The notes below the pieces were generated by a model that was given only the letters and a program-made list of their open reading frames with translations, made no database searches and was not told where the DNA came from. Both the position numbers and the translations under genes were made by a program. A stretch of DNA of 64,000 nt, from positions 90,458,001 through 90,522,000 of the forward strand of contig OZ024747.1 of NCBI GenBank assembly GCA_964016885.1, in the 5' to 3' direction. The stretch comes from Eledone cirrhosa. Its lineage: Eukaryota. Below, in pieces: positions 13,430-28,150 of the stretch (position 1 is the first letter of the stretch; each line of letters begins with the position of its first letter).

Positions 13430-14457
13430 CTTAATATTTTTCTTTTTTCTTTTTTCTTTTTTCTTTTTTCTTTTTTCTTTTTTCTTTTTTCTTTTTTCTT
13501 TTTCTTTTTTCTTTTTTCTTTTTTCTTTTTTCTTTTTCTTTTTATTTCTAAATTTATAGATACATTTATAAATAGGCAGTTTGCTGACACCAGTAAATAC
13601 TGACCTCTTCCCCCCCCCCCACCTACTTTCTGTATCTGGATCTAAATATGTGTGGCAGTGTTTATGTGCGCGCATTAATGTCCATATGCTTATGATAATA
13701 GTATATACACATATATGTGTGTGGGGGTGTGTGTGTGTGTGTATGTTCGTGGTGTGTGTATGTTTATGCGTATACGCGCGTGTGTGTGTGAATGTATGTA
13801 TATGTGTGAGTATATGAATGTGTATATATTTATTTTTATATTTATGTGTTTATATGCGTATACGTATTTTATCTGTAGATTATAAACATACAGAGACATT
13901 AGCCCTGAATTTTTGTATTTACATACATCTTTTCGGCATGCGTATGCATGTGAACATATATTTTTATGCATATCTGTGAACGAAGTTACTTACATATATA
14001 CATACACCTAACTGTATAAACTTTTTGTGTTTTCATTGGTCAATTTGAACTCTGTTCCCAAACAGACCTGTAATTTTGAATTGTTGTTATTATCAATAAA
14101 TATATTTCATTATTTCTGAAGACGGCATATATATGTGTTGGTATGTATATTTAATTTTGATAGTTTGTATAATTTTGTATAATTTTGTACATAGATCTGT
14201 TGAATATGCATGCCAATTCTAACACATATATATCCTAGAAACGATCGTTAAATAATGAACTTTTTTTGTTTAATATAAGGAACTGTTTCATTGTTTTATT
14301 CATTATTTTTTAAATATTTTATCTTGACTCTGTATTCCGTTTATCTTTCACCGAAAGTGATTTTTCATTGCATCTCTTCTTTCCATGATATCCGGATTAC
14401 ATTGAGTTCTTCATACGGATTGGACACTACCGTAAACTCTTGGTAGATTTATCTACA
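13370..14457 (+). repeat. Inverted copy of the PLE-4 3' terminal region (5470-6335) plus about 135 extra bp
   Basis: Direct sequence comparison; ends in (TA)n. Confidence 0.93.
14106..14259 (+). ncRNA. Hammerhead ribozyme motif with ~115-nt stem II
   Basis: TTCATTATTT-CTGAAGA-[rod]-GAAA-CGATCG-TT-AAATAATGAA. 10-bp stem I, palindromic ACGATCGT stem III, GUU site. Confidence 0.7.
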
Positions 14458-14462
14458 TATAT

Positions 14463-14527
<65 letters not shown>

Positions 14528-14663
14528 TATTGAAGTTTCTGTTGAAAATTGAAAAAGTCATAGGAGTGAAGAGTGCTCTATGTAAGTTACAGAGCTAAAT
14601 TTAATGTATAATAAACAATACAATATAATTACCTCATTACCAGAGGTTTCCCGAATAAGACGA

Positions 14664-14703
<40 letters not shown>

Positions 14704-14786
14704 CATACCTTATGCCATTAATTCCTGATAGAATCAAAGGGGTGCTGTTGAGACATACAGACTGTCTTGAACAGGAAGAGAGAAAG

Positions 14787-14941
<155 letters not shown>

Positions 14942-15051
14942 AATTGATTCTAGTGTTGAATTTTATTTATTGATTATAAAAATCTGAAAAGACAAATGAT
15001 CCATGGCTGGATTTGAACTAAGAACAGAGAGAGGTATACAACACTAATGAC

Positions 15052-15095
<44 letters not shown>

Positions 15096-15860
15096 ATATA
15101 TAATCTCTTCACGCTGACATTTTATTTTTCTTGGTGCAATACTTGCTTATACATATATATATATATTTATATGCATATATGTGTGTGTGTGTGTATTATT
15201 ATATATATGTGTGTGTGTGTGTGTGTTTGTGTATAACATTTGTGGTGTATGTCCTTATCGCATTGTATTATGATATTCTCAAGACTGGAAGACAGAGACT
15301 AAGAGTATATGAGAAAGTGGAGAAGAGAGGGATAGTGAGGAAAGAGAGGGGTAAATGGGGATTTATTCCTTACTCTTTACAAATTTCTGTAATCTTGAAT
15401 TATAAACAAACTAATATTTTCTTTGAGAATCCTTATTACTTTAGTTTATGTTCTGTGATAAGCAAGGTTCCTTTTAATTTCAATACAGATAAAATTGCTT
15501 CACAATAAGTCAAGAATAAAAAAAATATCAAAAAATGAAAACACAAAACAAAAATGCACCAAAAATCCATCCTTTTCCACCTCTAGTAAAAAATATAGCA
15601 ACAAAAATAAATGTAAATAAGGTATCAGTAGAATATAGTTATTATTTTACTAACAGGATTATGCCTGCAATGTTTTAAAGAAGAGGAAAGAAAAGTTTGC
15701 CTTTATATGAAGAATTTGATAGATCACAAAGAAAATATGGTTCCATATATTGTCTTGCTTCTACTTGTATTGATTTCAATGTTTTGATATATGTGGATCA
15801 TTGGAATTGTTGGAGGGAAAGGAAAAAAAATATATATATATGTGTGTGTGTATATATATG

Positions 15861-15891
<31 letters not shown>

Positions 15892-15922
15892 GTATGTATA
15901 TATATATATATGTATGTATATA

Positions 15923-15961
<39 letters not shown>

Positions 15962-16135
15962 GTATATATATATATATTTATGTATATATATATGTATATA
16001 TATATATGTGTGTGTGTATGTATCTATATGCATATAGTTTCATGAGACTTTAGGTAACAGAAGAGTATAATGCACGTACGCATGCACACACATGATCACA
16101 CACACATATATATATGTTATGTGTGTGTGTATATA

Positions 16136-16209
<74 letters not shown>

Positions 16210-16433
16210 TATATACATATAAATATATATATATATAGTAATAATAATAAATGTGAAAACTAAAATCCAAAGCGGGCTCAATAAGGATAAATATATAAAT
16301 ATATATATATATGTGTGTATATATATAATATATATATATATAACAGTGTTAAAGTTTACTTGAAGCATTGTGGAATATGAAAAATAGTTGTTTTGGAAGC
16401 CAAAACAACTATTTATATATATATATATATATA

Positions 16434-16640
16434 AACGGAAAAAATGAAACAAAATTTCATTTCCCACTCTTAGTACGGCTGTTACTTAAATATAAGTATG
16501 TACACGTACATACATATATGTATACCGACGTATAGTAGTATGTATATATATATACATACATGCGCACATATATATATGTACGTATATATACATACTACTG
16601 TACGTCAGTATACATATATGTATGTACGTGTACATACTTA

Positions 16641-16645
<5 letters not shown>
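16434..16645. mobile_element. Fold-back fragment of the 41006-41703 family
   Basis: Minus arm (AAACGGAAAAAATGAAAC...CTCTTAGTACGGCTG) followed by an inverted partial copy. Confidence 0.75.
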
Positions 16646-16676
<31 letters not shown>

Positions 16677-16782
16677 TAATAGATTAAATATTTGCTCTAC
16701 GGTTCTTATATATTTGATATATATTTATCCTTATCGAGCCCTCTTTGGATTTTAGTCTTCAAATTTATTATTATTATTACTC

Positions 16783-16873
16783 TTTGCCTTTCATCCTTAC
16801 GGGGTCGATAAAATAAAGTACCAGTAATGTACTGGGTATTTGCTGGCCTTGTGCCTAAAGTAGAAACAATTAT
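16783..16873 (+). mobile_element. Meta-domain SINE, 3' part
   Basis: GCCTTTCATCCTTACGGGGTCGATAAAATAAAGTACC core. Confidence 0.8.
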
Positions 16874-16890
16874 TACTATATATATATATA

Positions 16891-17252
16891 GGCTCATGGC
16901 TTAGTGGTTAGAGCATTGGCCTTGCAATTGAAAGGTTGTGAGTTCAATTCTCAGACCGAGTGATGTGTTGTTTCCTTGAGCAAGACACTTTATTTCACAT
17001 TGCTCCATTTTACTCAGCTGTAGAAATGAGTGATAGGGACCCCAGTGAGATGATAGGGACTGGGGTCCATATCATTCCACTGTAAAGTGGTCGTGGAGGT
17101 GCCACGGCAAAAAAGCACCCAGCACTCACTGTAAATGAGGTTGGTGTTAGGAAGGGCATCCAGCTGTAGAAATCAAGCCAGTATCAATTCCCGTCCCACC
17201 CTTGCAAGCAGGGAAAAGTGGACGTAAAATGAAATGATGATGATGATGATGA
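16891..17252 (+). mobile_element. tRNA-headed SINE with an RTE-derived 3' end and (ATG)n tail
   Basis: A box TGGCTTAGTGG and B box GAGTTCAATTC. The 3' part matches the RTE 3' UTR at 34881-35140. Confidence 0.88.
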
Positions 17253-17789
17253 TATACACATATACACACATATGTATAAGAATATCTGTGTATATATATG
17301 TGTTTTAATATACATTATAATCCTCATCACACAGGTGTGTGCATATACATGTGTGTGTATGTATGTATGTATGTATGTATGTATGTATGTATGTATGTAT
17401 GTGAGTGTGTAGTAACACAGAAGCACACATATGCAGGCACACATACACATATGATGGGTGCATATACATGTGTGTGTGTATGTGTGTGTGTGTACGTATG
17501 TGTGTGTGTCTATCTGTGTATATATGTATGTATGTGAGTGTATGAGTGTCTGAGTATATATGTGAGTGTGTGAGTATGTATGTATGTATGTATGTGAGTG
17601 TGTGAGTATGTATGTATGTATGTATGTATGTCAGTATGTGAGTGTGTGAGTATGTATGTATGTATGTATATATGTATGTGAGTGTGTGAGTATGTATGTA
17701 TGTATGTCAGTATGTGAGTGTGTAAGTATATTTGTATGTATGTATATATGTATGTATGTCAGTATGTGAGTGTGTATGTATGTATGTCC

Positions 17790-18352
17790 CATGGTCGGGT
17801 CGTTGGCGACTAAACTGGCAACCCCACCAAGGTTTCTTGGTGAGGAGGGTGACTTTGGACATCCTGCAGGACTAAAAGCAAAACCTGTCAAAGGGCAAAG
17901 GAGCTCTTAAGAGTCAATGGCCATCCAAAATCACCGGGAGAGATGACCCCTTAGCCTTTGTCAAGGCAGAATTCTAGGAGAAGGAAAACTCTGATATAAC
18001 ACCTGTAACTCTGATGGTATCCAATGATGTTGATTTGTTCTTCTTTTTGGTAAATATCATCTTGGTTAAGAGAGTGGGACTGGCTTTGTGCAGTGCCTTT
18101 GCTCACTATAAAAGCTTCACGGCACAGGCATTGCTTTATATCTGGAGATCTCTCTGCACTTGTCATCACATGGTTCTATGGGCCCAGCACTATGTGTCAA
18201 TAATTGTCACAAGTGTAGTGTTTGTACCAGAGTTTTCAAGTTGCTGGCTGGACTAAAAAGTCACACTTGTTCAGCGTATCGATAGGGGTTCTCCTACATC
18301 TACATGGATATAAAGTAGTGGCCATACTCAAAAACGAGTTGGCAGCCACCAT
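17790..18352 (+). mobile_element. Non-autonomous, internally deleted RTE-like element
   Basis: Second copy at 51580-52195 (-). Contains a C2H2 remnant HKCSVCTRVFKLLAGLKSH. Confidence 0.7.
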
Positions 18353-18479
18353 GTATGTATGTATGTATGTCAGTATGTGAGTGTGTAAGTATATTTGTAT
18401 GTATGTATGTATATATGTATGTCAGTATGTGAGTGTGTATGTATGTATGTATGTATATATGCATGTATGTGAGTGTGTG

Positions 18480-19556
18480 AGTATATATTTATGTATGTAA
18501 GTATGTGTGTATGTATGTATGTATATATTTATGTATGTATATATGTATGTATGTATGTCAGTATGTCAGTCTGTATGTGAGTGTGTATGTATGTATGTGA
18601 GTATATATTTATGTATGTATGTATGTATATATGTATATAATTATGTATGTATGTATATATGTATGTATGTGCGTCAGTATGTCAGTCTGTATGTGAGTGT
18701 GTATGTATTATGTGAGTATATATTTATGTATGTATGTATGTATATATGTATATAATTATGTATGTATGTATGTATATATGTATGTATGTGCGTCACTATG
18801 TCAGTCTGTATGTGAGTGTGTATGTATGTATGTGAGTATATATTTATGTATGTATGTATGTATATATGTATATAATTATGTATGTATGTATATATGTATG
18901 TATGTGCGTCAGTATGTCAGTCTGTATGTGAGTGTGTATGTATGTATGTGAGTATATATTTATGTATGTATGTATGTATATATGTATATAATTATGTATG
19001 TATGTATGTATGTATATATGTATGTATGTGCGTCAGTATGTCAGTCTGTATGTGAGTGTGTATGTATTATGTGAGTATATATTTATGTATGTATGTATGT
19101 ATATATGTATATAATTATGTATGTATGTATGTATATATGTATGTATGTGCGTCACTATGTCAGTCTGTATGTGAGTGTGTATGTATGTATGTGAGTATAT
19201 ATTTATGTATGTATGTATGTATATATGTATATAATTATGTATGTATGTATATATGTATGTATGTGCGTCAGTATGTCAGTCTGTATGTGAGTGTGTATGT
19301 ATGTATGTGAGTATATATTTATGTATGTATGTATGTATATATGTATATAATTATGTATGTATGTATGTATGTATGTATGTATATATGTATGTATGTGCGT
19401 CAGTATGTCAGTCTGTATGTGAGTGTGTATGTATGTATGTGAGTATATATTTATGTATGTATGTATGTATATATGTATATAATTATGTATGTATGTATGT
19501 ATATATGTATGTATGTATGTGCGTCACTATGTCAGTCTGTATGTGAGTGTGTATGT
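18480..19556. repeat. Higher-order (TATG)n-based tandem repeat, ~90-bp units
   Basis: Recurring GCGTCAGTATGTCAGTCTGTATGTGAGTGTG and TATAATTATG anchors. Confidence 0.9.
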
Positions 19557-19789
19557 AGACAGAGTCAGATATATTCAGGCACACCTACACATATGATGGG
19601 TGCAAGAGTTGCCTACCAGATGGAATGGAATATTTCTCAAGTAGAAGGTTCTACTACAGTCTCTGTTGTTGTTGTTGTCAATGTTGTAGTCATATGCCAA
19701 CTATTATTCTATATAAACACAGCTTGTTTATATAGAACAAAGAATCAACGGAATCAATGAATATCTTGCTTTCAAGTGGAAGATATAAT

Positions 19790-19972
19790 CACATACATAC
19801 ACTCACAGACATATATATATATATATATATACACATACACATATACACACATATACAGAGACATACAGACATACACACATACACTCACAGACATATATAC
19901 ACAAACATACACACACACATATATATATATATATACACACACACACAGATACATACAGACATATATACACAA

Positions 19973-20063
<91 letters not shown>

Positions 20064-20135
20064 CACATATACACACATATACAGAGACATACAGACATAC
20101 ACATATACACTCACAGACATATATACACAAACATG

Positions 20136-20186
<51 letters not shown>

Positions 20187-20226
20187 GCACACACACAGAG
20201 ACATACAGACATGTATACACAAACAT

Positions 20227-20290
<64 letters not shown>

Positions 20291-20558
20291 GCACACATAT
20301 ATACGCACACACACACAGAGACATACAGACATACACATATACACTCACAGACATATATACACAAACATACACACACATACACACACACATATATATATAT
20401 ATATACACACACATATACACACAGAGACATACAGACATACACGTATACACTCACAGACATATATACACAAACATACACACACACATATATATATATATAT
20501 ACATACAGACACACACAGACATACACATATACACTCACAGACATATATACACAAACAT

Positions 20559-20599
<41 letters not shown>

Positions 20600-20880
20600 C
20601 ACACACACACATATACACTCACAGACACATACACCCACACACATATATATACACACACTGACAGATAGACACACCACACAGATAGACACACATACACTCA
20701 CAGACACTTATACACACACACACATATATACACTCACAGATACACAGAGAGACAGACATACACACATACACACAAAGACACACATACACACACAGACACA
20801 TACACACACAGATAGACACGCACACAGACAGACATACACACATGCACACATACACACATACACACAGACAGTCATAGACA
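19790..20880. repeat. Complex (CA)n/(TA)n higher-order repeat
   Basis: Recurring CACTCACAGACATATATACACAAACATAC. Confidence 0.85.
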
Positions 20881-21017
20881 TATGAGTATGTGTATGAATG
20901 TATATAGATATATATTATATATAGATATATATTATGTGTGCATTAATATGTGTGTATATAAACATAATAAACTTACAGGTATATTTATACATGTGCATAT
21001 ATGCATATATGTTTGCA

Positions 21018-21055
<38 letters not shown>

Positions 21056-21059
<4 letters not shown>

Positions 21060-21830
21060 GGAGGTGAGTTTTATTGTAGTACAATAAAGCAATGCAGATA
21101 TCGGATAAGAAGCACTCTACAGTTTGTAGGACTGGAGTATACATAATATAAGATCAAAAGATGGTTAAAGGAGTTCCATGTATTTTATTATGCGCATTTC
21201 AAAAACAAACATCATCATGCAATAATATTTGTGTTTTCATCAGATAAAACAGGAGAACATGATATGAAGGCTAAAAAACACTTGTGGATAGTGCAGTTTT
21301 AAATCAACATATGAAAAGTAGTTTTAGATTGATGTGTGATATTGGGAAAAATATTTTATTTAGAGAGGGGGGTGGTGGAAAGGATGAAAAAAGGGGAGAA
21401 GATGAGAGTGAAGGTGGAGAGGGAGAGATGGGTGATGGAGAGAAAGAGATAGTTTTTATAACTGAGAGAAGATATATTGTTTTACATAGAGAGGTTGAAA
21501 ACCGTTGGAAGATAATGTATAAATTAAAAGAATTTGAAAATTAACGAAGGGAAAAATATGTACGAGGAAAAAATATTTTATTTAGAGAGGGGGGGGGAAA
21601 GGATGAAAAAATGGGGAGGAGATGAGAGTGAAGGTGGAGAGGGAGTGATGGGTGATAGAGAGAAAGAGATAGTTTTTATAACTGAGAAAAGATATATTGT
21701 TTTACATAGAGAGGTTGAGAACCGTTGGAAGATAATGTATAAATTAAAAGAATTTGAAAATTAACGAAGGGAAAGAGAGGGAGTTGATATGTATTGAGAT
21801 TAAAAAGTTTGAAGATAGAGAGACCCATAC
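21056..21830 (-). mobile_element. PLE 3' region fragment with an internal ~220-bp direct duplication
   Basis: Hammerhead at 21182-21250; 21350-21553 is repeated at 21573-21773. Confidence 0.65.
21182..21250 (-). ncRNA. Minimal hammerhead motif
   Basis: GTTTTAT-CTGATGA-[stem II]-GAAA-TGCGCA-TA-ATAAAAT, with palindromic ATGCGCAT. Confidence 0.75.
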
Positions 21831-22269
21831 AGCAGCACAGACTCCACTACAGCAATGAAGGGGCCTTGCACTGGAGAAACACCAGGACTCTGGCTTTACT
21901 GTAGCACCGGCTCAGAGCAGGAGAGTTAGGGCGAAAAAGGTATCGGATGCTGAATTTGCCGACGACATAGCTCTGGTGACAAATACAGTGAAGGAGGCAG
22001 AGGATTTGATGCGGGAGGTTGAGACTGTGTCGATGAGTGTGAGGCTGAGAATGAATGAGACTAAAACAAAATATCTGGTAGAGAATGTTGAGAAGCCAGA
22101 GGGGATCACTAATGTAGGCGGGAAGCCGCTAGAATTGGTTGAGGGTTTCCTGTATTTGGGAGCAAAGATTGGGAATACGGAAGATGATGTGGTTGAGAGG
22201 AAGAGCAAGGCCTGGGCGGCGTGCCACAGCTTGAGATCGGTGTGGAAGTCGGACCTTCGTAGAGACCTG

Positions 22270-22272
<3 letters not shown>
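21830..22272 (+). mobile_element. RTE LINE RT internal fragment (family B)
   Basis: [10 protein letters not shown]...[10 protein letters not shown]...FLYLG; overlaps the 57060 fragment in sequence. Confidence 0.85.
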
Positions 22273-22329
<57 letters not shown>

Positions 22330-22467
22330 TATATATATATACATATATATGTATATATACATATATATGTATATATACATATATATGTATATATACATAT
22401 CATCATTATCATCATCTTCGTTAACGTCCATTTTCCATGGTAGCACAGGTATATATATATGTATATG

Positions 22468-22499
<32 letters not shown>

Positions 22500-22507
22500 G
22501 ACATATA

Positions 22508-22582
<75 letters not shown>

Positions 22583-23084
22583 TTATGTATATACACACAC
22601 ACATATATATATATATATATACATTTATGTATAGAAATTGTTCTACACCAGTTAGTTCACCATACTGAGAACAAATGTTTCACCTTATTCCAGTGTTCTA
22701 CTATTATATATTAATATATATATTCATTCATTCCTATATATATATATAGAGAGAGAGAGAGTGAGGCAGAGAGAGATGCATGTGTGTGTGTGTGTACATG
22801 TATAGACATACATATCTGCAGATATTTACATATGTGCATGCACCAACAGCTGCAGCTGCATATGTTAGCCTCCAAGTTTGAGAGTTTGACAGTTCTTAAG
22901 TTGTATGGTACTGTCCTGTGTTGATAGGTATAAAACTTATCTCTTAACATCCTATAATAATTTAGCAGATAATATCTAAAAACGGGGTTAAATAATTCAA
23001 ATGTTTGTAGTACCTTTACTGGTGGACAGATTACAATAAAAAATTTCTCATTTTAATGTGATGCAGTTAATTATGTTAAAAATA

Positions 23085-23270
23085 ATTGATTCTACTTTTG
23101 GCACAATGCCAGCAATTACCAAGTGTATTACTGGTACTTTATTTTATCGCCCCCGTAAGGAAGAAAGGCAAAGTTAACCTCGGCGGGATTTGAACTCAGA
23201 ATGGAAAGGGCCGTAACTCTATGCGTCAAAGCATGGCATCTGACCCTCTACCGATACTGTCAATCCACCG
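23085..23270 (-). mobile_element. Meta-domain tRNA SINE
   Basis: Reverse complement of the 44631-44820 family. Confidence 0.85.
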
Positions 23271-23767
23271 TTAAAAATAATGTTGCATATGCATGGTTTT
23301 TAATTGGCTCTTAATATTTTGTAATAATTGTGCAGAAAATGTCTAAAAACATATTTGTTAATCCAAATGTTTATATTATCTTTACTACTGAACAGATTGT
23401 TTGAAAATGTGCAGTATTAGTATAAAGTTGTTAATATTTATTGTCATGGGATTTTAGTGCTCTTTATAATTTTCAAGAATGTTTTACTAATGTGGTTTCA
23501 TGTAGTACAGGACATTAAGAGTTAACTCATAATGATCCAGTCCAGTTAGATTTGGTTTGAGTCATTAGAGCATCCAATTACATGCAACTGTACTTGTTCA
23601 TACATACATACACACTCACATACATACATACATACATAGATATATAGACACACAGACAGACATACACACACACACACACACTCATTGAAGTCAACTAATA
23701 TATTATGACTTCTACTATGTATTGAGTACCTTACTTACTGTGGTTACGCCTGATTGAACCCGGGATG

Positions 23768-23809
<42 letters not shown>

Positions 23810-23828
23810 CACACAAACACACACATAC

Positions 23829-23861
<33 letters not shown>

Positions 23862-24364
23862 CATACACACACACATTTAGGAAGGGCATCTAGCCATAGA
23901 AAACCTGCCAGATAGCAAGACAAGGTCACCTGACCAATCTTGCCTCGGTGGGATAATTCCCGTCTAACCCATGCTAGTGTGGAAGATAGATATTAAACGA
24001 TGATGATGATGATGATGATGATGATATATACACATATATTAAGAACAAATGTGTATATTCTAGGGAAGAAGAGGTTAGGGGTTGAATTTCACACATTAGG
24101 TATTTTAATGATAAAAATATGAAAATACTTTAACCATAGATTGAAACCCTGTCATATTTCAATGCAACAGGAGTTTGTGGTTGCTGCAATATCTTTTTGC
24201 TATTTACTGAGACTTATAAGACAAGAGTTGATACCAGGAATCATTGACATGAGATAAATAGACAGAATGATATGGATAATTAGATAGATTCCATATTTTT
24301 CTTGCTATATTGGTGTGTGAATAAGGAAGCAGAAAGACAGACATAAAACACACACACAGACACA

Positions 24365-24401
<37 letters not shown>

Positions 24402-24403
<2 letters not shown>

Positions 24404-24629
24404 TAATTAGGAATATTCCAAAGCTTAGTAGAACAAGTTGTGAGGAAAGTTATCAACATACGTTAAGGTGACTCGACAGGTTGGTAGGGATTCTGTAGTG
24501 GAAAGACGAACAAACGAGGAGTGTAATCAAAAAAGAGAAATAGGACGAAGGTAAACAGTTACAAAAGGATTAAATACGTGGATTAAATCCTTTTGTAACT
24601 GTTTACCTTCGTCCTATTTCTCTTTTTTG

Positions 24630-24633
<4 letters not shown>
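24402..24633. repeat. Fold-back fragment with 48-bp perfect inverted arms, flanked by (TA)n
   Basis: Arms 24524-24571 and 24586-24633. Confidence 0.85.
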
Positions 24634-24663
<30 letters not shown>

Positions 24664-24701
24664 TTTTTAGAATCCAATATCAATAAATAGACCAGGATTT
24701 T

Positions 24702-24759
24702 TTCATTCTGATGATTGAAAGCAAAATTTTTTGCTTTTAAGAAACCACTGGTAAATGGA
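24702..24759 (+). ncRNA. Minimal hammerhead motif
   Basis: TTCATT-CTGATGA-TTGAAAGCAAAA..TTTTGCTTTTAA-GAAA-CCACTGG-TA-AATGGA, GUA site. Confidence 0.78.
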
Positions 24760-25016
24760 ATAATTGCCTTATGTTGTTTATTACATAACTATTAAGCTCT
24801 GTTACCTACATAGAGCACTCTTTTTACCTGGACTTTTCCGACGGAATTACTTCATTTATGTATATATATATATACAGATTAAGTGGAGAGTGGCAGACAG
24901 AGAGATGGTCAGATGGTCAGGTGGGCAGAAATATATATGGATAAATAAATATTTGTCTTGTTACATTCATTTATGTATATGTTGCTGGAGAGACAGACAT
25001 AGAATACACACACATG

Positions 25017-25134
<118 letters not shown>

Positions 25135-25366
25135 CACACACACATATATATATATATATGCACAGAAAGGGGGAGAGTGGTCAATGGACAGGGAGAAATA
25201 GAGATACATATACACAGATAGATAGTTGAGATAGATAAACAAACATATATAACTTTGTAATTATTTTGATGCTTTTCTCTATAATGAAAAATGTCTATCT
25301 ACTTTTAAATCTACACATTGTATGTATATATATTTATATATATATATATATAAATATATATATATA

Positions 25367-25421
<55 letters not shown>

Positions 25422-25457
25422 ATATATAAATATATATATATATATTTATATATATAT

Positions 25458-25507
<50 letters not shown>

Positions 25508-25627
25508 ATATTTATATATGTGTGAATGAAGTAATTCCATCGGAAAAGTCCAGGAAAAAAGAGTGCTCTATGTATGCAACAGAGCTTAATTATTATTATT
25601 ATGTAATAAACAACATAAGGCAATTAT

Positions 25628-25685
25628 TCCATTTACCAGTGGTTTCCTAAAAGCAAAAGGTTTTGCTTTCAATCCTCAGAATGAA
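25628..25685 (-). ncRNA. Minimal hammerhead motif, same family as 24702
   Basis: CTGAGGA core; lies in a diverged inverted copy at 25525-25695. Confidence 0.72.
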
Positions 25686-25735
25686 AAATCCTGGTTTGTT
25701 TTATATTTATATATATATATATATATTTATATATA

Positions 25736-26110
25736 TCATCATCATCATCATCAACGTTTAACGTCCGTGTTCCACGCTTGCATGGGTTTGGACGGGGGTA
25801 GTCCCACTTGAGGCAAGAGTGATTGTCTTGCTCGCATAGGACTGTCTGGCAGGTTTTCTAGTTGGATGCCCTTCCTAACACCAACCACATTTACAGTGTG
25901 GGTCTGGGTGGTTTTTACCGTGTTGCCTACACGGCCACATTACAGCGTGGACTGTGTGTTTTTTTGTCGTGACACCTACATGATCTCATTTGTTTCGGCC
26001 TCGATGGCGCGGCACCAACATAACTTTACATAGAACGGGGTGGTGTGGATGGGGTGGGGGTGGGGGTGGTGGGACGGGGTGTATTTTGTTAGAGATGCCT
26101 ACTGGCTGGA
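25736..26110 (-). mobile_element. Diverged RTE/SINE 3' end with (ATG)n tail
   Basis: GGATGCCCTTCCTAACACCAAC and (CAT)n-AACGTTTAACGTCCG motifs shared with the RTE 3' UTR. Confidence 0.7.
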
Positions 26111-26266
26111 GTAGGTTTTACTATATATTTAGGTAAGGCGGGTCTTCTCTGTTACTGAGTACCGCGAAAGGTCTCGGTCCAGTGACATTGTCTTGGAGAG
26201 GTGTAAGTGTGTGATGTCGGAGTTTATCAGCTCGTCCCAGGTTTTTCATATATATATATATATATA

Positions 26267-26373
<107 letters not shown>

Positions 26374-26657
26374 GTATATATATGTATGTATATATATGTA
26401 TATATATATATGTATGCCCTTTGTGTTTGTGTAGCCTCTGCACACCCTGTGCACCATACTATCGACGCCACCCCATCTATGGTTCAGCTAACCACTCGAC
26501 TCCCGGGAATGAATATGACCGCAGCTAGTAAACAAAGACCCACACCCCACCCTCCCGCACCAAAATTAGACTTATCGTCCTCTACTTTTGCTCTTTACTC
26601 TCTTTACTCTTTGTTCTTGAATGTTTGGTTGGTAGAGTCCATAACACCAATCAAACC

Positions 26658-27047
<390 letters not shown>

Positions 27048-27209
27048 TATATATATATATATATACACATGGGGATCAGGAAATACTCAGTTAGGTGCCC
27101 GCGCACACAGTTAGCGCACTGGGAGTAAGATGCTCCTAGTTCTGGGTAAGAAATCATTCTAGGGGAAGGGAAACTTTAATGTAAAACCTGTAGCATGATG
27201 TTAGCTAAT

Positions 27210-27406
27210 TATGTTTGAAGGGTATTGTGAGGCCTGGTTGGAGGCCCAACCTTCCAAGTATTTTTTCCAGGGATTAGAAAAACTGAAGGACCGCTGCAAT
27301 AAGTGTGTGAATCTGAGAGGGGAATAAGTTGAATAAAATCATAATTAACTGATCCTCCTGTATTTTCCTTTACCCAAATCCAGGAACTTTTCAGGACCCT
27401 CTCATA
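27210..27406 (-). mobile_element. Mariner-derived MITE relic
   Basis: The minus-strand end TATGAGAGGGTCCTGAAAAGTTCC resembles mariner TIRs. The opposite TIR is not clear. Confidence 0.45.
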
Positions 27407-27926
27407 AATTTGTCTGCAGATGGGAGGTAGGAAGTCCTTATAACAGAGTGCCCCCATGTTCCATGCTGGGTTTAAGTTAAGGCTATCCTATTAATGTTTA
27501 CCACTAAGACTTTACTGTCACAATGGCCAAAATGTCAGGAATATCTTAGTTTGCCTATTATGTTAGGAAAGCCCTGTGGTAAAGTGATGGAGCAGAGTTA
27601 CCCATTCCTTGGATTGCTGGTTGTTCATCAGAGGCATGCCTATGGTATGGGTCTACTAGAGGAGCAGATGAAATGACACAGGTACATGATAGTAAAGTAA
27701 ATTAGGGTGGAAAGGTCAGAATAAATGGTAGGCATGAGGGGTAGTGGTTAACTAAGTTAAATCTAATGTTTGATTGGGGCAGGGATATATTTGAAGCTTT
27801 AGCATTTATATTACTCTATATACACTATTGTTTTATGGTAGAAACATCAAAATATCAAATGGTTACCAAAGATGGAAAAGTATGTTGTATTAATCCCTTT
27901 GTTACCATATTTCTAATGAAAGACTC

Positions 27927-28150
27927 TCCTTCTTCTTCACTTTCTTATTCATGAGAGGGTCATGGGGACAGAGTCCTCCAACACTCCTTCCAATGGGTCC
28001 TGTTAAAAGCAACCATCGGCTGGATCCCGAAGTAAGATCAGCCAAGCTCATGGATGTTATCCAACCATCTTGCTCGGGGTCTACCTCTGGGTCTCTTGCC
28101 GATTGGTTTTGCCCATAAAATCTATCCAGCAATTCTTTCTTGAGGCATGC
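27927..28150 (-). mobile_element. RTE-like LINE 3' fragment
   Basis: Homologous to 3520-3765. Confidence 0.75.

Noticed and set aside
16891-16960. tRNA gene
   Set aside because: A and B boxes are present, but they form the head of a multi-copy SINE and do not give a complete cloverleaf.
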